A stretch of 64,000 bases of DNA from Eutreptiella sp. 'Long Island Sound 2002' (taxonomy: Eukaryota; Protista; Euglenida): assembly GCA_964036045.1 (NCBI GenBank), contig OZ038378.1, forward strand, positions 74,090,001-74,154,000, in the 5' to 3' direction. Below, one piece after another: positions 49,701 through 60,583 of the stretch. Below the pieces are notes generated by a model that had not been told where the DNA came from, searched no databases, and was given only the letters and a program-made list of their open reading frames with translations. The position numbers and the translations under genes were made by a program. Each line of letters starts with the position of its first letter. The stretch's first letter is position 1.

Positions 49701-51121
49701 GGGCCCTCAAAGCACACCTTCTGCCTGGTGGCGGAGTCCCCCGGGTTCACGGGGCTCGAAGCCTTGTCCCTCCCTGGGTTCCCCATTTCACCACTCCTGG
49801 GTCAGCGTGCCTCTGAGTAACTGCGTTGCAGGTGCTTACCCACTAACTCGCCCCCCTAATGCATGGTCGCCCGGGGTGCCGGCATTGCCGGGTCCGTGCT
49901 ACTGGCTTGTCGCTAGTGGCATCTCTAGGGATGGCGCGGAGGCTGCCCAGCCGCGGGGCTGGTGCGTGGCGCCGTGCACCACTACTGCCTTGGCGGGTGC
50001 AGTGCCTTGCTGGTGTTTTCGCAGCGCTCGCGGCAGGTCGGCGGGGCGGGGCGGGTGCCGGTACTCGTCCCCCCCCATCCCCCGCTTGTTGTCCCTCCCT
50101 CGCGTCCCTCGCGGTGCGTGTGGCGGGTTTTCCCGTCCGGGTGTCCCTTGCCCTTGCCTGCTGGTACGTCATTCCATGTGGTCTGTGTGTTCCGCGAGCT
50201 CGGTCCGGTTGCCCTTCAGGTGCGCACCGCGTGCCCGTTGTGTGTTTGTGCGCTCGCGCTCCCGCGGTGTCCGCGTCTCCCCCGGTCCGCGACCAATTGA
50301 TGGTGTCCACTAGTGGTACGCGGCACCGGAGGTATTGCACCCATGACCGTAACGGCCAAGTGCCGCCGCTGCCAGCTGGCTCACAAAGGAACACGGGTGG
50401 GCCCTACTCGAGGGGCTTGGCCAATTCCTTCCACGTGTCCAAGTACCTACTGCGCGAAGGTATAGGCCGCGGGAACTTGACGCCGATTGCGGCCGTGTAC
50501 GCAGCCCCTCTCCGGGTCATGAACTCGGAGATGTGGCAAAATCGTGTCTTCGGGATGTTAAGCCCCACGAGAAGCCCGATGAAATTTCGCGGTAGAAAGA
50601 GGAGGGAGGCATATTGCTTCACTGCCGCTATTTACCGGTGGCGAATAAGGGAGGGGTAACCACCCAGCGTGGCCTCTGCCCAGCGGGTGTGGGCTAGGCG
50701 GGACTGAGCCGCCCACTCACGGGGGAGTTGAGACACCGAAGTGTCCCATAAACTCTTGGCGCCACTCAAAGGCACAAGCGTCATACTAATCTGGAGAAGA
50801 GTATGCCAAGAGAAAGACATCACTAGAGCTACACTGGAGGAAACAGGGTGGGGAGTGGGGAGGAAGGCGCACCCGGGGGACGGGGCTGGGGGGTGAAGAC
50901 TCAAACCAAAAGCCACACACCCCTCTACAACCCCATTGAGGAACATTGCATCACACAAAACCACACTACAACCTTAGTACAGACGTGCAACAAACTGCGC
51001 AAACATGCAAAAATGCCGTGAATGTCGTTTAACACATTAAAGCTTGTTCGTTTAACATTTAAACTCGTACCATTCAATTTGTAATATTAAACCATATTGA
51101 CTTTAGGGTGGGTTCCCAGGG
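46740..51121. mobile_element. ~4.4-kb TIR DNA element with minus-strand transposase-like remnant and a nested 2.8-kb insertion
   Basis: Inverted repeats 46740-46772 ccctccaaacccacgttaaagtcaatatgcttt and 51089-51121 (reverse complement ccctgggaacccaccctaaagtcaatatggttt), 27/33 identical. No TSD recognised. Confidence 0.7.
47459..50283. mobile_element. Unidentified 2.8-kb insertion with internal repeats and a low-complexity core
   Basis: Interrupts sequence that is contiguous at 18081-18100 (aacgtgaggggccgcgacc). 47460-48170 carries repeated ggatg(c/a)tcc motifs and a duplication (47570-47740 vs 47895-48040). Confidence 0.6.
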
Positions 51122-52869
51122 AACTCCTGAAGGGCCATTGGCGTCATATTGTGCTTTCTATTTGAATTGTCTGCACAGTAATTAAAATTTGACCACTTAA
51201 AGTCCAATTGGCTCCTGGGTTAAGGAGCACATCAAGGTCATTTCAGCTGACGGACACACAAGTTTGTCCTAAGGTAGCAGCCCCCAAAAAAAGAATGCTA
51301 GTGCACACCACACACGAGCATTCACACAGCTAGGGAGTATATCATTTTCATGTCGGTCGTCTAACACAACAGTGCCTTGAGGCAGCAGGCACAAAAAAAA
51401 CCAATGCACGCTACACACAGGCATGCAGCCCGGCACGTCCAGCGCGCACACGAACTCAGAACATTTTTGTCAAGTCAGACAACGGACACAAGACATCACA
51501 ATAAAGGGGTGAGAAAGGGGAGCAGACCTCATTAGGTCACAAGCATTCTCAAGTGTCCACCATCTTGGCAACATACTCAACCACTTCTGCGGGGCCCTGC
51601 ATCCTCAAGTACACATGTTACTCGGTGTCTCCTTGTTCTTCACTCAAGGATATAAAAAATATATTTTTTAGGCTGTTGTGGTACCGGGCAGTGGTGTCCG
51701 CTCGCAAGTGACACCATGGTTTTGGCTCAGCTCGTTCTAAATCTCCCCCCCGGGATCGGGGTGCAAGTCACGATTGCATGAGAGGGTGCCACAGGTCGTT
51801 TGCAGCTGTTGCCAGAAATGCACCTTCCTCGGCCCTCCCCATTGTGATCTTCATTCTCATCCCTAACCCCCCTCCGCACAGCTCCTTGTTGACATCTTGG
51901 TGAGCCAAACACCCTCCGAGTCTCTTCGCGAAATACTCTTCCTCGCGCTTGATCCACTTCACATCACGCTTGGCTTGCCCCTCTGCAGTGCGGGTGTATG
52001 TCTTGTTTCGCTTCTGCTGTTGTTGATGCTGCCCATGGCTGCTACTCTTGGGCTAGTCTTGGCAAAGGAAAGGCACGCAGGGCAAAAGGGTCCGTTCATG
52101 AGTCTCGGCTGTGGGTGACACCACTGGGATGAGAAAGGACGTAGTAGAACCAGAGGCCATCGCAACACCACTAGGCGATGCTGGACGGAGGAGATGTGCA
52201 TTTTGCACGTGCAACTTGCTCGTGCACGCCGAGGCACACACATCATATATAGGCACATGTGGCACACACATGCAACATATTCGATGTCAGAGATGTGACA
52301 GGCATTCAACTATCTTTGAATCACACAGCTGACATGAACACCCATCGGTCGTATCAGACAGCTGGCATGGCAGCACTGGAGGACAAAGGCACTCAAGGGA
52401 AGTCGTCCAAGGTGTTCATGCGTAATGATGTTGCCACCCCATTGGTGGGTACGGCACTCTTCTTGGGCTTAGGTTTGGAGATGCCCAAAGCCCGTCCGCT
52501 TTGCCCCCCCCCCCCCCCCCCGGCTTCAACATTCAGTTTCACCATCCGCGTCTCGAACAAGCGCCCGCCACCTTAAGGGCCTAGCATGCTACGGATAAGC
52601 TATGCCAATGGTATCAAGTATGCCCCCCCCCACAGCATAGGTTACCCGCAGCCCGCGCGAAGGACAATGCAAAGCGCCCCCAACGGGGCTCAACCCCCCC
52701 CCCCCCCTGGGGGGGGTTGACGTGCCTTGCACCACCCACTACACTAATCCGGAGTCCGAGCCCTTACCCAGGCATAACACGCATGGTACTACACCACCTC
52801 ACGCCTACGCAACAACTGCTCATAACTGACCCAGGCCATTCCCTCAGCCTTAAATCTATCGCCCCTAAA

Positions 52870-53130
52870 GTCACCCTACACACCAGGCATGGGATCCGCG
52901 CGCCGGAAACGGGAAGGCACCAAGAGGACCCTTAGCACCAAGCCACAACATGCCAGGCGCCTGGCCGGCCCCCTCAGGATTGACTGTTGCGCACTCAACA
53001 CACTCTTGGCACGCACCTTCAAAAGCTGGGCAAATGCCACCTCCGAGTCACTCACCAGAGTGGTTGCGGTATAACCCAGGCGCGCCGCCAAAAGCACTCC
53101 TAGACAAGGGACTTCAACTCTAAAAGCTAC
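52870..53130 (-). pseudogene. DIRS-type RNase H remnant
   Basis: TLVSDSEVAFAQLLKVRAKS...LVLRVLLVPSRFRRADPM resembles DxxxAxAxxxK...xxHVPxxxNxxADxLSR. Confidence 0.65.
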
Positions 53131-53479
53131 TGGCCCTGGCTACACAATCGACAAGCCACCGTAGAACGAATGCCCAAGAAGTCCAAAACACCTGCCATTC
53201 TCCAACATTGACTGTCATGGGCCCCATGGACGAAAAGCACCAGCCCATGCCCTTCCCACAATCGCCCCAACAGGACGGGTTCAGATCCGTGCAACCCTAG
53301 CTCAAGACATACGGTATGAACACTTGCCACAGGCGCATGTCAGGGCTCAGCAGCCGCGGTCTATAGAACAACAAGGGATTCCAGGACTGCTACAGGAGTA
53401 TGCCGCCTGCTCCCCGTTGATCTAACAATAGGCCCCTGCACGAAAGGGTCATGCCATGCCGCGTGGCTGCACCTGCCAG

Positions 53480-54200
53480 TGAAGGAAGCCCAAAAAAGAC
53501 CGCATAAGCCGCGTTTGTGACCGCCAGGCCGCCAAGCTGAGCCAGGCCACCAACATTTGCAAGTAGTCCACCTCATGCGACCACACCATCCTTTGCAAAG
53601 GGTCCAGCCATTTACCCAGAAAAACTTACTGGGTGGCAGGCTCAAGGACGCTCTTGGGACTCACAATGAAGCCCTCCCTCCTCAAGGCAACGATGGTATT
53701 CCATGTACTACTCCTCACCTACCCCTTGTCATCATGAATTTGAAGAAAATCATCCAAGTAATGCACCAACAAAATGTCGGGCGGCAATACGTGCTCGACC
53801 ATCTGCGCCAGCGTGTGCTAGCAGATAAGGGGACTATACTTCCACCCGAATGGCAACCTTCCCAATCCAACCACCCGCCCACTGGATCCCGGACGCATGC
53901 GAAAAACGGTGTGTGGCGACTCAGGGGGCACAAAGCGCCAAAAGGCATTCTTTAAGTCTACGTGCGTGCCATACAATGGCACCCCCGGGTAGAAGGTAAT
54001 AAGCAGCTTACTTAACTGTTGCAATGACCGAAGCGAGAATGTCAGGGGAGTACACCCGTCCAAACCGTTTGGTTTAATGCAACTGAGTATTAAAGGAACC
54101 TTCTCGGACGTTTTCGGGATGATGAAGGGCCAGCACGTGGGGGGCTGTTCCCTAGACAAGTCGTAAATGAGCCATTGTCGCTTAAGCACGCTAACGAACT
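53480..54200 (-). pseudogene. DIRS/VIPER-type reverse transcriptase remnant
   Basis: WPFIIPK, HVDLKNAFW, RLPFGWKYSPLIC, then LVHYLDDFL (YLDD at plus 53749-53760) and VFLGKW. Confidence 0.9.
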
Positions 54201-55519
54201 TAGAAACCTCATCGGAAACCCATGGAGGGGCTCTTGGCCTGCCGTTGCCCCGCGCATCGACTCAGGGGGTTTCCACATCAAAGTCCCTTCACCCCTGGCC
54301 ATAGAAATCACGCGGGACCGTAAGGTCCGAAATATCCTGAGGTATGACGTGGCTACCCTATGAACGACCCTATGAACCAAACCTGTTAAGCAGGATGTTG
54401 GGGTTCACCTTACCTGCCCGTGGGGTGGGGGAAGTGGTAACATGCAGCAGTCCTCTCCAGTCTTCATGCTTCAAGCCTTGAATTGCCTTGACGAGCGTCG
54501 CGGCCCGCGTACACGGCCGGAAATCCTCAACAGTATCGAAGACTCGGTCCACGAACCACGTAAGCTGTTTAACCAGGGCCCAAGGGGTACAGTGTAGCTC
54601 CGCTGACAGCCAACCCAGGTGGGGGGTGCATGCTCTAAGGAATTCAAGGAATAGGGGGTCGTCGGACCCCTCACACCCCCCCTCTTGGCACATCTTGGGC
54701 TGCGATACGGGATCAGGGGGGGGGGGGTGGAATAAGTCCTTCGGACCTTGCAACCCGCCTTGCAGGGTCAGCGAAGCTCGGGGCCGACAAGCTCGCCGTC
54801 TGCGCGATCTTCGGGCCTAGCCTCCGGCGATTCACTGTCGGGCCAATCGCGGCGACGGCTCGGGCAACTCCAATGCCCCCGGCCACACTCACCCTCAGGG
54901 CATCAGCCCCGCTCCCCTTCGCTGAAACACACCCCACCAGTGGCGCGTGACCCTTGCGCGCCACTTACCGCCCACCACTCTAGCGAACCGGTCTCTGGCC
55001 TAAAGCACCGGGTGTTTAGCCGAGCGTGACCCCGTGGGCCCTCCCTCGCGACGGAGTCCCCGGAACTAAGACCTGGGTACCGGAGGTCGAACGTGGGCCT
55101 CGAGGGTGAAGGCCCGTCGCAGTCCACCGGGGCAATCGTGACCCCCCCCCCCTCCATTGGACCCGGAGCTGTCACCGGAGTCGACAGTAACGAAGCCATG
55201 CTCGCCTCCCTGGGGTCCGGGGTTGCCGGACAACGGGGGAAGGTTCGTGGGAGGGGGGCGAAAGAGCTTGTGACTCGTCACTTTCCGGAGGAACCCCCCC
55301 CCCCCCGCCAGTGGTCTTAGGTCGGGGGGGGGGGGGGGGGGCTCCAACAAGTCCTCATGCCCGGTGGGGCTGTGGAACGCGGCTAGAGGCGGGGGCTCCG
55401 CCTCAGCAAGGTACATATTGGGAGCCCAAACCTCCAAGTGTGTAAGCACCTTGTTCGGCCCGCCCGCCCCGTCTTCCCGAGGCAATCGAAGAGGGCCCAC
55501 GGCGGCAGCGTCGTGGAAC

Positions 55520-56050
55520 CCTGTCGCATACCACAGGGCAGTGCCGACACTGCGCATTGTCCCCACCAAAGGAAGAACTGCATTTGGGGTGGCGAGCGTA
55601 ACGCGCAGCGCCGCTATCCGTGCGCAGAGAATGCCACCAACAACGTCTCCAAGGCGTCAAACCCAGGACCTCCAGGAACTTGTGTTCAAGCCAAGCATAG
55701 CCCCTAGGGAACAAATGGTCGCTTGTTCGCAGATCTTAGGACTCCGCCCATCGAAGCAGGGTCTCCCGGAAGCGATTCGCCCATGGTGAGAGTGGCCGAG
55801 ACTGCCACCCTTCCTCTCTAGTTGTGGAAGTCCAACAAAGGAGCAACAAAGACAATGATACATCCCCCAGACCAGAAACTTCGCCAACGCTGAGCCAAAG
55901 AACCGAAAAGAGAACTGCCACGCAAGCTATAGGCAGCGCACCAGGTTGGAGCTCCGCTCTCTCCACTAGGACGCACAAACCCTGAAGGGGCAAATAGGGT
56001 TGGAGGCCTACCTTAGACGCACCCTGCAGGGTGTACAATGCGCTTGTGCA
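55520..56050 (-). pseudogene. Tyrosine recombinase remnant
   Basis: SVLWLSVGEV (R..E box, degraded), WHSLR.., then across a frameshift LVGTMRSVGTALWYA (G.W.S...Y box). Confidence 0.7.
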
Positions 56051-56800
56051 ACTATTGGACGAGGGGCCCCATGGATCCAAGATCCGCAGCGGCTCGCACC
56101 GTTGCATTGTATCCACGCAACGGGCACTGTAACTCTCCCGCCTCCGCTGTGGCTGCCAGGAACTCCGTCCGTACCCCCGCGAACGACGTCCCTCCAGAGG
56201 CCTCTTGGAATTCCGCGATCTTGGCCAAAATCTGCGCATACGCTCTACACGTCCCGGCCCTCCATGATCGGGCGGCCCAAGCATCAGGACCGCTAAACTC
56301 GTCCTCGTTAGCCAACTTGCACCAGCGCGACCAGATTCAGCGAAAGGAGCAGTCACACTCCTCCACGGTCTCGATCTGGTTTGCACCACGGGCTCTCGTG
56401 GTTGCGCGGCTCAAATACCTGGTACCCCTCCCCCCCCCACTCCGATGTTCAGCTTCAATGGGGACATTGGAAATGCCATTGTTTGGCTGGCAGTGCGGCC
56501 GCCATCGGAACACATCTCCTGCAATCCGAAGAGGGCTGGGATTGAACGGGGATAGTTTCTCCTACTCAGGTTTGCCAGCTCAAAACCCCACCAACGTCCG
56601 TGAAGTGCACGTTCTTCTAATGAAAGTCACTACGCACGGCACCCCTGGCTTCCTCCTACGAACTATATGGCGGGTGTCCTTTAGGCTCCTGGCTTGCCCT
56701 TGCTATATACCGTGTCATGTATGCCGTGTGCGATTTGCAGAGCACCTCCTAGATGCGGTATGCCACCACATGATCACGGGGGGGGGGGGGGGGGTGGGGG

Positions 56801-57079
56801 CTAGTCATTGGCCCGTGCATGATCCAGCGGTCGATGCGGCGGCCCTCCCGCCCTGTCCAGGAACTCCTTCGGGGCGTCCTCCCACTGTATCCACTGGGTG
56901 ACTCTCTCTTCTTGGACAAACTCCTCTAGGGTACCCGACGTAAGCTCCGGGATGTCCTCCTTTTCCTTGATGCAGGTTCGCAGCAACTCCATGCGCAACC
57001 TCTCGATCTCCTGGGGTTGTGCCTTCATGGCCGCAGCCATGCTCTGAACGTCCGCTGCCCAAGTATCTCTGTCTCCCAT
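56801..57079 (-). pseudogene. Putative gag-like ORF remnant of the YR element
   Basis: Helical acidic ORF upstream of YR; assignment is positional only. Confidence 0.35.
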
Positions 57080-57599
57080 CCTTATTGGTGCTCACACGCA
57101 GTACACAGCAACAAAAAACAAAAAACAGACAAAAAACTGCCTGAGAAAGAGAAGGCAAACAATTGTTTGAGTACAAACAAGGTTGAAAGTGGTAGGTCAC
57201 TGTTGCACTACCTGCTGCTGAAGCCTCACCTTGCAATCCTCCCTGCCCTGCCGTTCACGTAGAGTTGCACTAATATAACTCACATCATTGGCGAATACTG
57301 TCGGGTAGGCTTGGTGGCTGGCTCGCATGCCCTGCCGACCGTCTAACCCAAAAGCTGAGTGAAAGAGAGAAGACCAGCATGTGGTGTAAACTGTGGTTTA
57401 AATGTGTTCAAAACTGGGGTTTGCTATCTAAGACACGCATAATTGGCAGGCACGGTTGGATCAAAGAAATATTAGTGCGCGAGTTTGTGCTTTCGCCTAC
57501 CACGGCAACGCGATGACCAAATAATTTTGGGGTAATGACCGCAAGATTGCTATCCTTTGCAGCCAAATTAACTTTGAAAAAATGATGCGTGCGCTGCGG

Positions 57600-58800
57600 C
57601 ACGTGACGGCAGGGAAATGCACTATCATTGATGCCACGCTTATGTGTCTAGGTCATGCACACGCCATTGATGAGACGAATTTCAATTCAAGTGCTTTGGC
57701 AATACGGGAGGTGTCCTCCGTCAAAGGAGCACGGATATGAACAGCCGAAAAAATCGTCACTAGCCGATAGCGTGCAACACAATGGTTGCTGTGGATGCTA
57801 CACATTACCAATTTATCTCGCAACACCACGAGAAGCCCACAGCTCACGAATTCTGCAACACGATGCTACGTAAGTATCTAGCAGTGGACTCGTTCTCAGC
57901 GCCAACCAAACGCTTAACCATGCTTGCGATTTGGTTTCACGAGAGCTAGGAAAAGCGGCGCGGACCAAACAAAAGTGGATCAAGAAAGTCAAATTTGCGA
58001 AATACCAAGGGATGCAACGGAAGATCCACGGTCCCTACTTCCTAAAGTATGCCTGTGCAAGTTCCGTATGCGTGGTTCCATCTCGTGTCGCACGGGTGAC
58101 ACAAATCATTCATGAGTAAATATCAAATGTTTCACATCTCCAGTTCTTTGTCTCAAAGACCCTGGATACTTGTGCTGCCTTGGCCCCGAGGCATGACATG
58201 AAGACTCACTCTACCTATTGGACGCATTGGCGCCTATATTGGCGCTTATAATTAAATGAGGCGCAACGGTTTCTTGCCAATGATAATTAAAGTGTTGTTG
58301 TCCAACTTTTGGAAGTTATCAGGCGTCAAGCGCGTTCGTGAAGAACTCATGGAAAGCACTACAAGGAGGCTTGCGGTGGCTGCATCCAGGAACGGGTCTC
58401 AGCATTTAGCTTTGAATGTGGTCGCGGACTCAGCAAGCAGATCCTCGTTGACACGCACCTCAAGAGCCTGGTTGACAACCGGGATACATGGCATGCCCTT
58501 GTGGTGGAGATGGATGCCCCGGAGCTAGCAGAGTGGCTAGAGGCCTTTATCTATGAGAGGAACGTCCCCGTGGTGATGTTCGTACTTCATGAATATGTTT
58601 AGAAAGCTGCCGAGCAATTGCAAGACTTCTCTAATGATGTTGTGGTAGCCTATGGCATGTATTTCCCCTTGAAAAAAGAGATGAAAGCCGTGCAAACCGT
58701 GAAGTCAACACTCATGACGATCCCTTCAGTGGATCAGTGGCATATGGCGTGATGTCTCGCACGTTGAAGACCATTGAGGTACCATACTACATTTCACAAA
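57600..58800 (+). pseudogene. Possible very old hAT-like (DUF659-type) transposase remnant
   Basis: Scattered, frameshifted motif-like pieces: GYEQPKKSSL, IYLATPRE...HDAT, TCAA, P.V..F.TS. Confidence 0.35.
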
Positions 58801-59639
58801 GGGCTGTTAGCTTCTGCATTTCTGTGGTGACGTTTGTTTGTGACAAGCTGCGTACTCATCCATTGGGTGAGGTGACTCTTCATGGTGGACTAAAGACCAT
58901 CCTCTACAATGCGCATGGAGATTGTTGTGTCACCGACGTTGGGTACCGTGTGGCTTCAATGCTCCACTACATGCCGTGTTTCCAAGTGGCTATGTTTGCT
59001 TCTGGGGTCTTGGTGCACTAAGAAGGTTGCAGGAGGCCGTGTCTTCCGCAAGGTCCATGGATTAGAGGCCAAAGAATCGGGCCACAAAGAGGCAGCAAAT
59101 GCTGCACACACAGGTGCCGTGGCAAGGCAACGAGGTGCACAAGTTGCTACTGAGGCCGAAACGCAGGCTACAACACCCCAGCAACAAGATGCAGCAGGTG
59201 CCGTTGGTGGCGTTGTCAGCCACTCATGTGGTGCAAGTTCCGCACCCTCCAAGGACAAGGGAAGGGGAACACATGTGAAGTTTGCCCCCCCCGCTGTGGC
59301 CGTGCTGTGCTAGCCCATCTCGCGTTGGTACTCCTTGCATGTGGAAGCGCCACGAAGGAGGGTGAAACTGGCCAAGTTGTGGGCTCGGTCCATAGTCTCC
59401 CCTACATATGCTAGGTATGCCCGCACACCTGCCAAGTCGATTTCTGATTGCCTATCTTTTTTTCGTTGTATTCTTTGCCATGTTTGCCCGGTCTGTGGAG
59501 TCCCAGCTAACGTCACATTGCAAATCGATAGTGTGATCGCGCTCAATGAGCGTGCAACGAATCAGTGTGATGCACGCCATCACGCCCACACACCCACTGT
59601 TGATTGCCACTAACTCGCTGCAGTGTGTCCGCAATAGTC

Positions 59640-60250
59640 TAGCTAGTTTCCCAAGGGGGGAAGGAACACACTGCACCAATTGAGGACAGTTCATGTAACT
59701 CAGACTGGTTGTGCCAGACACCAAACAGTGTCAGAAGGGCAGGACTGCCCATAGTGTCGCACTCACCAAGGCCCGTAGGCGATAGTTGCAGACGTCTCCC
59801 CCCTGATCGCGTGGAGATAACATCACACAAGCTGACATACCCCTATCCCCCCCGTGGGTGGGGGCGTGGGCACACAAACAGGGGCAGAAACTGTCTACAA
59901 TCGCCTGCCATGATCAAGTTGGGGGGGGGGGGGGGGTTGGCACACTCCCGCATGGTCTCCGGAACCCCCGGGACCCGCCCGACACAAGCTCGTGGGAGCA
60001 ACACAACCAGCCACATGACCCACATGATGCAGCACCGACCATGCAGTCCTCCCTGGACCCCCCCCCCCGTACCGCATCCAAACCCGGCAAATCCCCCCGT
60101 GGGTGGGTGCGTGGGCGGACAAAAAGTTACCTGAAAAAGAGGAGGCAAACAATAGATTGAGTACAAACAAGGGTTTCCCAAGCGGGGTCAGGGACACACT
60201 GCACAAATTTATGACAATTCATGTAGCTCAGACTGGATGTACTACGCTCT
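59640..60250 (-). repeat. Diverged partial copy of the YR-element 5' end, with internal duplication
   Basis: 60119-60173 matches 57130-57183 (cctga.aaaga.ga.ggcaaacaat...ttgagtacaaacaagg). 59641-59720 is repeated at 60171-60245, and catgatca-G-run matches 56769. Confidence 0.6.
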
Positions 60251-60511
60251 AGGCAGGGCAAACTAAAACTGTTGCCGCACAAAGGAGTAGTCAAAAGAAA
60301 AAAACATACAGCATATGGCTCACTTGATCTCGTGAGGAAGGCGCCAAGCGAAGCGCGGCAAAAGAATGAAGGGCCAAAACACACGCCAACCCCCCATCGA
60401 ACGCCTCCCACACAAACCGGCTAGCCAGAGCACAGGACCAAAGCGACTGCCCAGCTGCGCCAACGGCCATGTCCCCGGGACTCGAAAGAAGAGAGCCGCC
60501 GGCGCCGTTGT

Positions 60512-60583
60512 CTCCACGCCGGGCATTGAACCTACGCCCTCCGGGACGAAGCCCCCGTGCACTTCCACTATGCTACGCTACCG
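60512..60583 (-). pseudogene. tRNA-derived sequence (tRNA pseudogene or SINE head, Glu/Asp-like)
   Basis: Minus strand ggtagcg-TAGCATAGTGG-aagtgc-a-cggggGCTTCGTcccgg-agggc-gtaGGTTCAATGCCcgg-cgtggag. A and B boxes and D stem are good; acceptor and T stems are poorly paired. Confidence 0.55.

Larger units (their letters stand above)
52700..57190 (-). mobile_element. Degenerate tyrosine-recombinase retrotransposon, VIPER/TATE-like order gag - YR - RT - RNase H
   Basis: All four domain remnants lie on the minus strand in that order; ends are approximate. Confidence 0.8.

Noticed and set aside
51700-52560. Minus-strand LINE remnant (KELCGGGLG)
   Set aside because: Only one weak motif; catalytic RT motifs are not recoverable.
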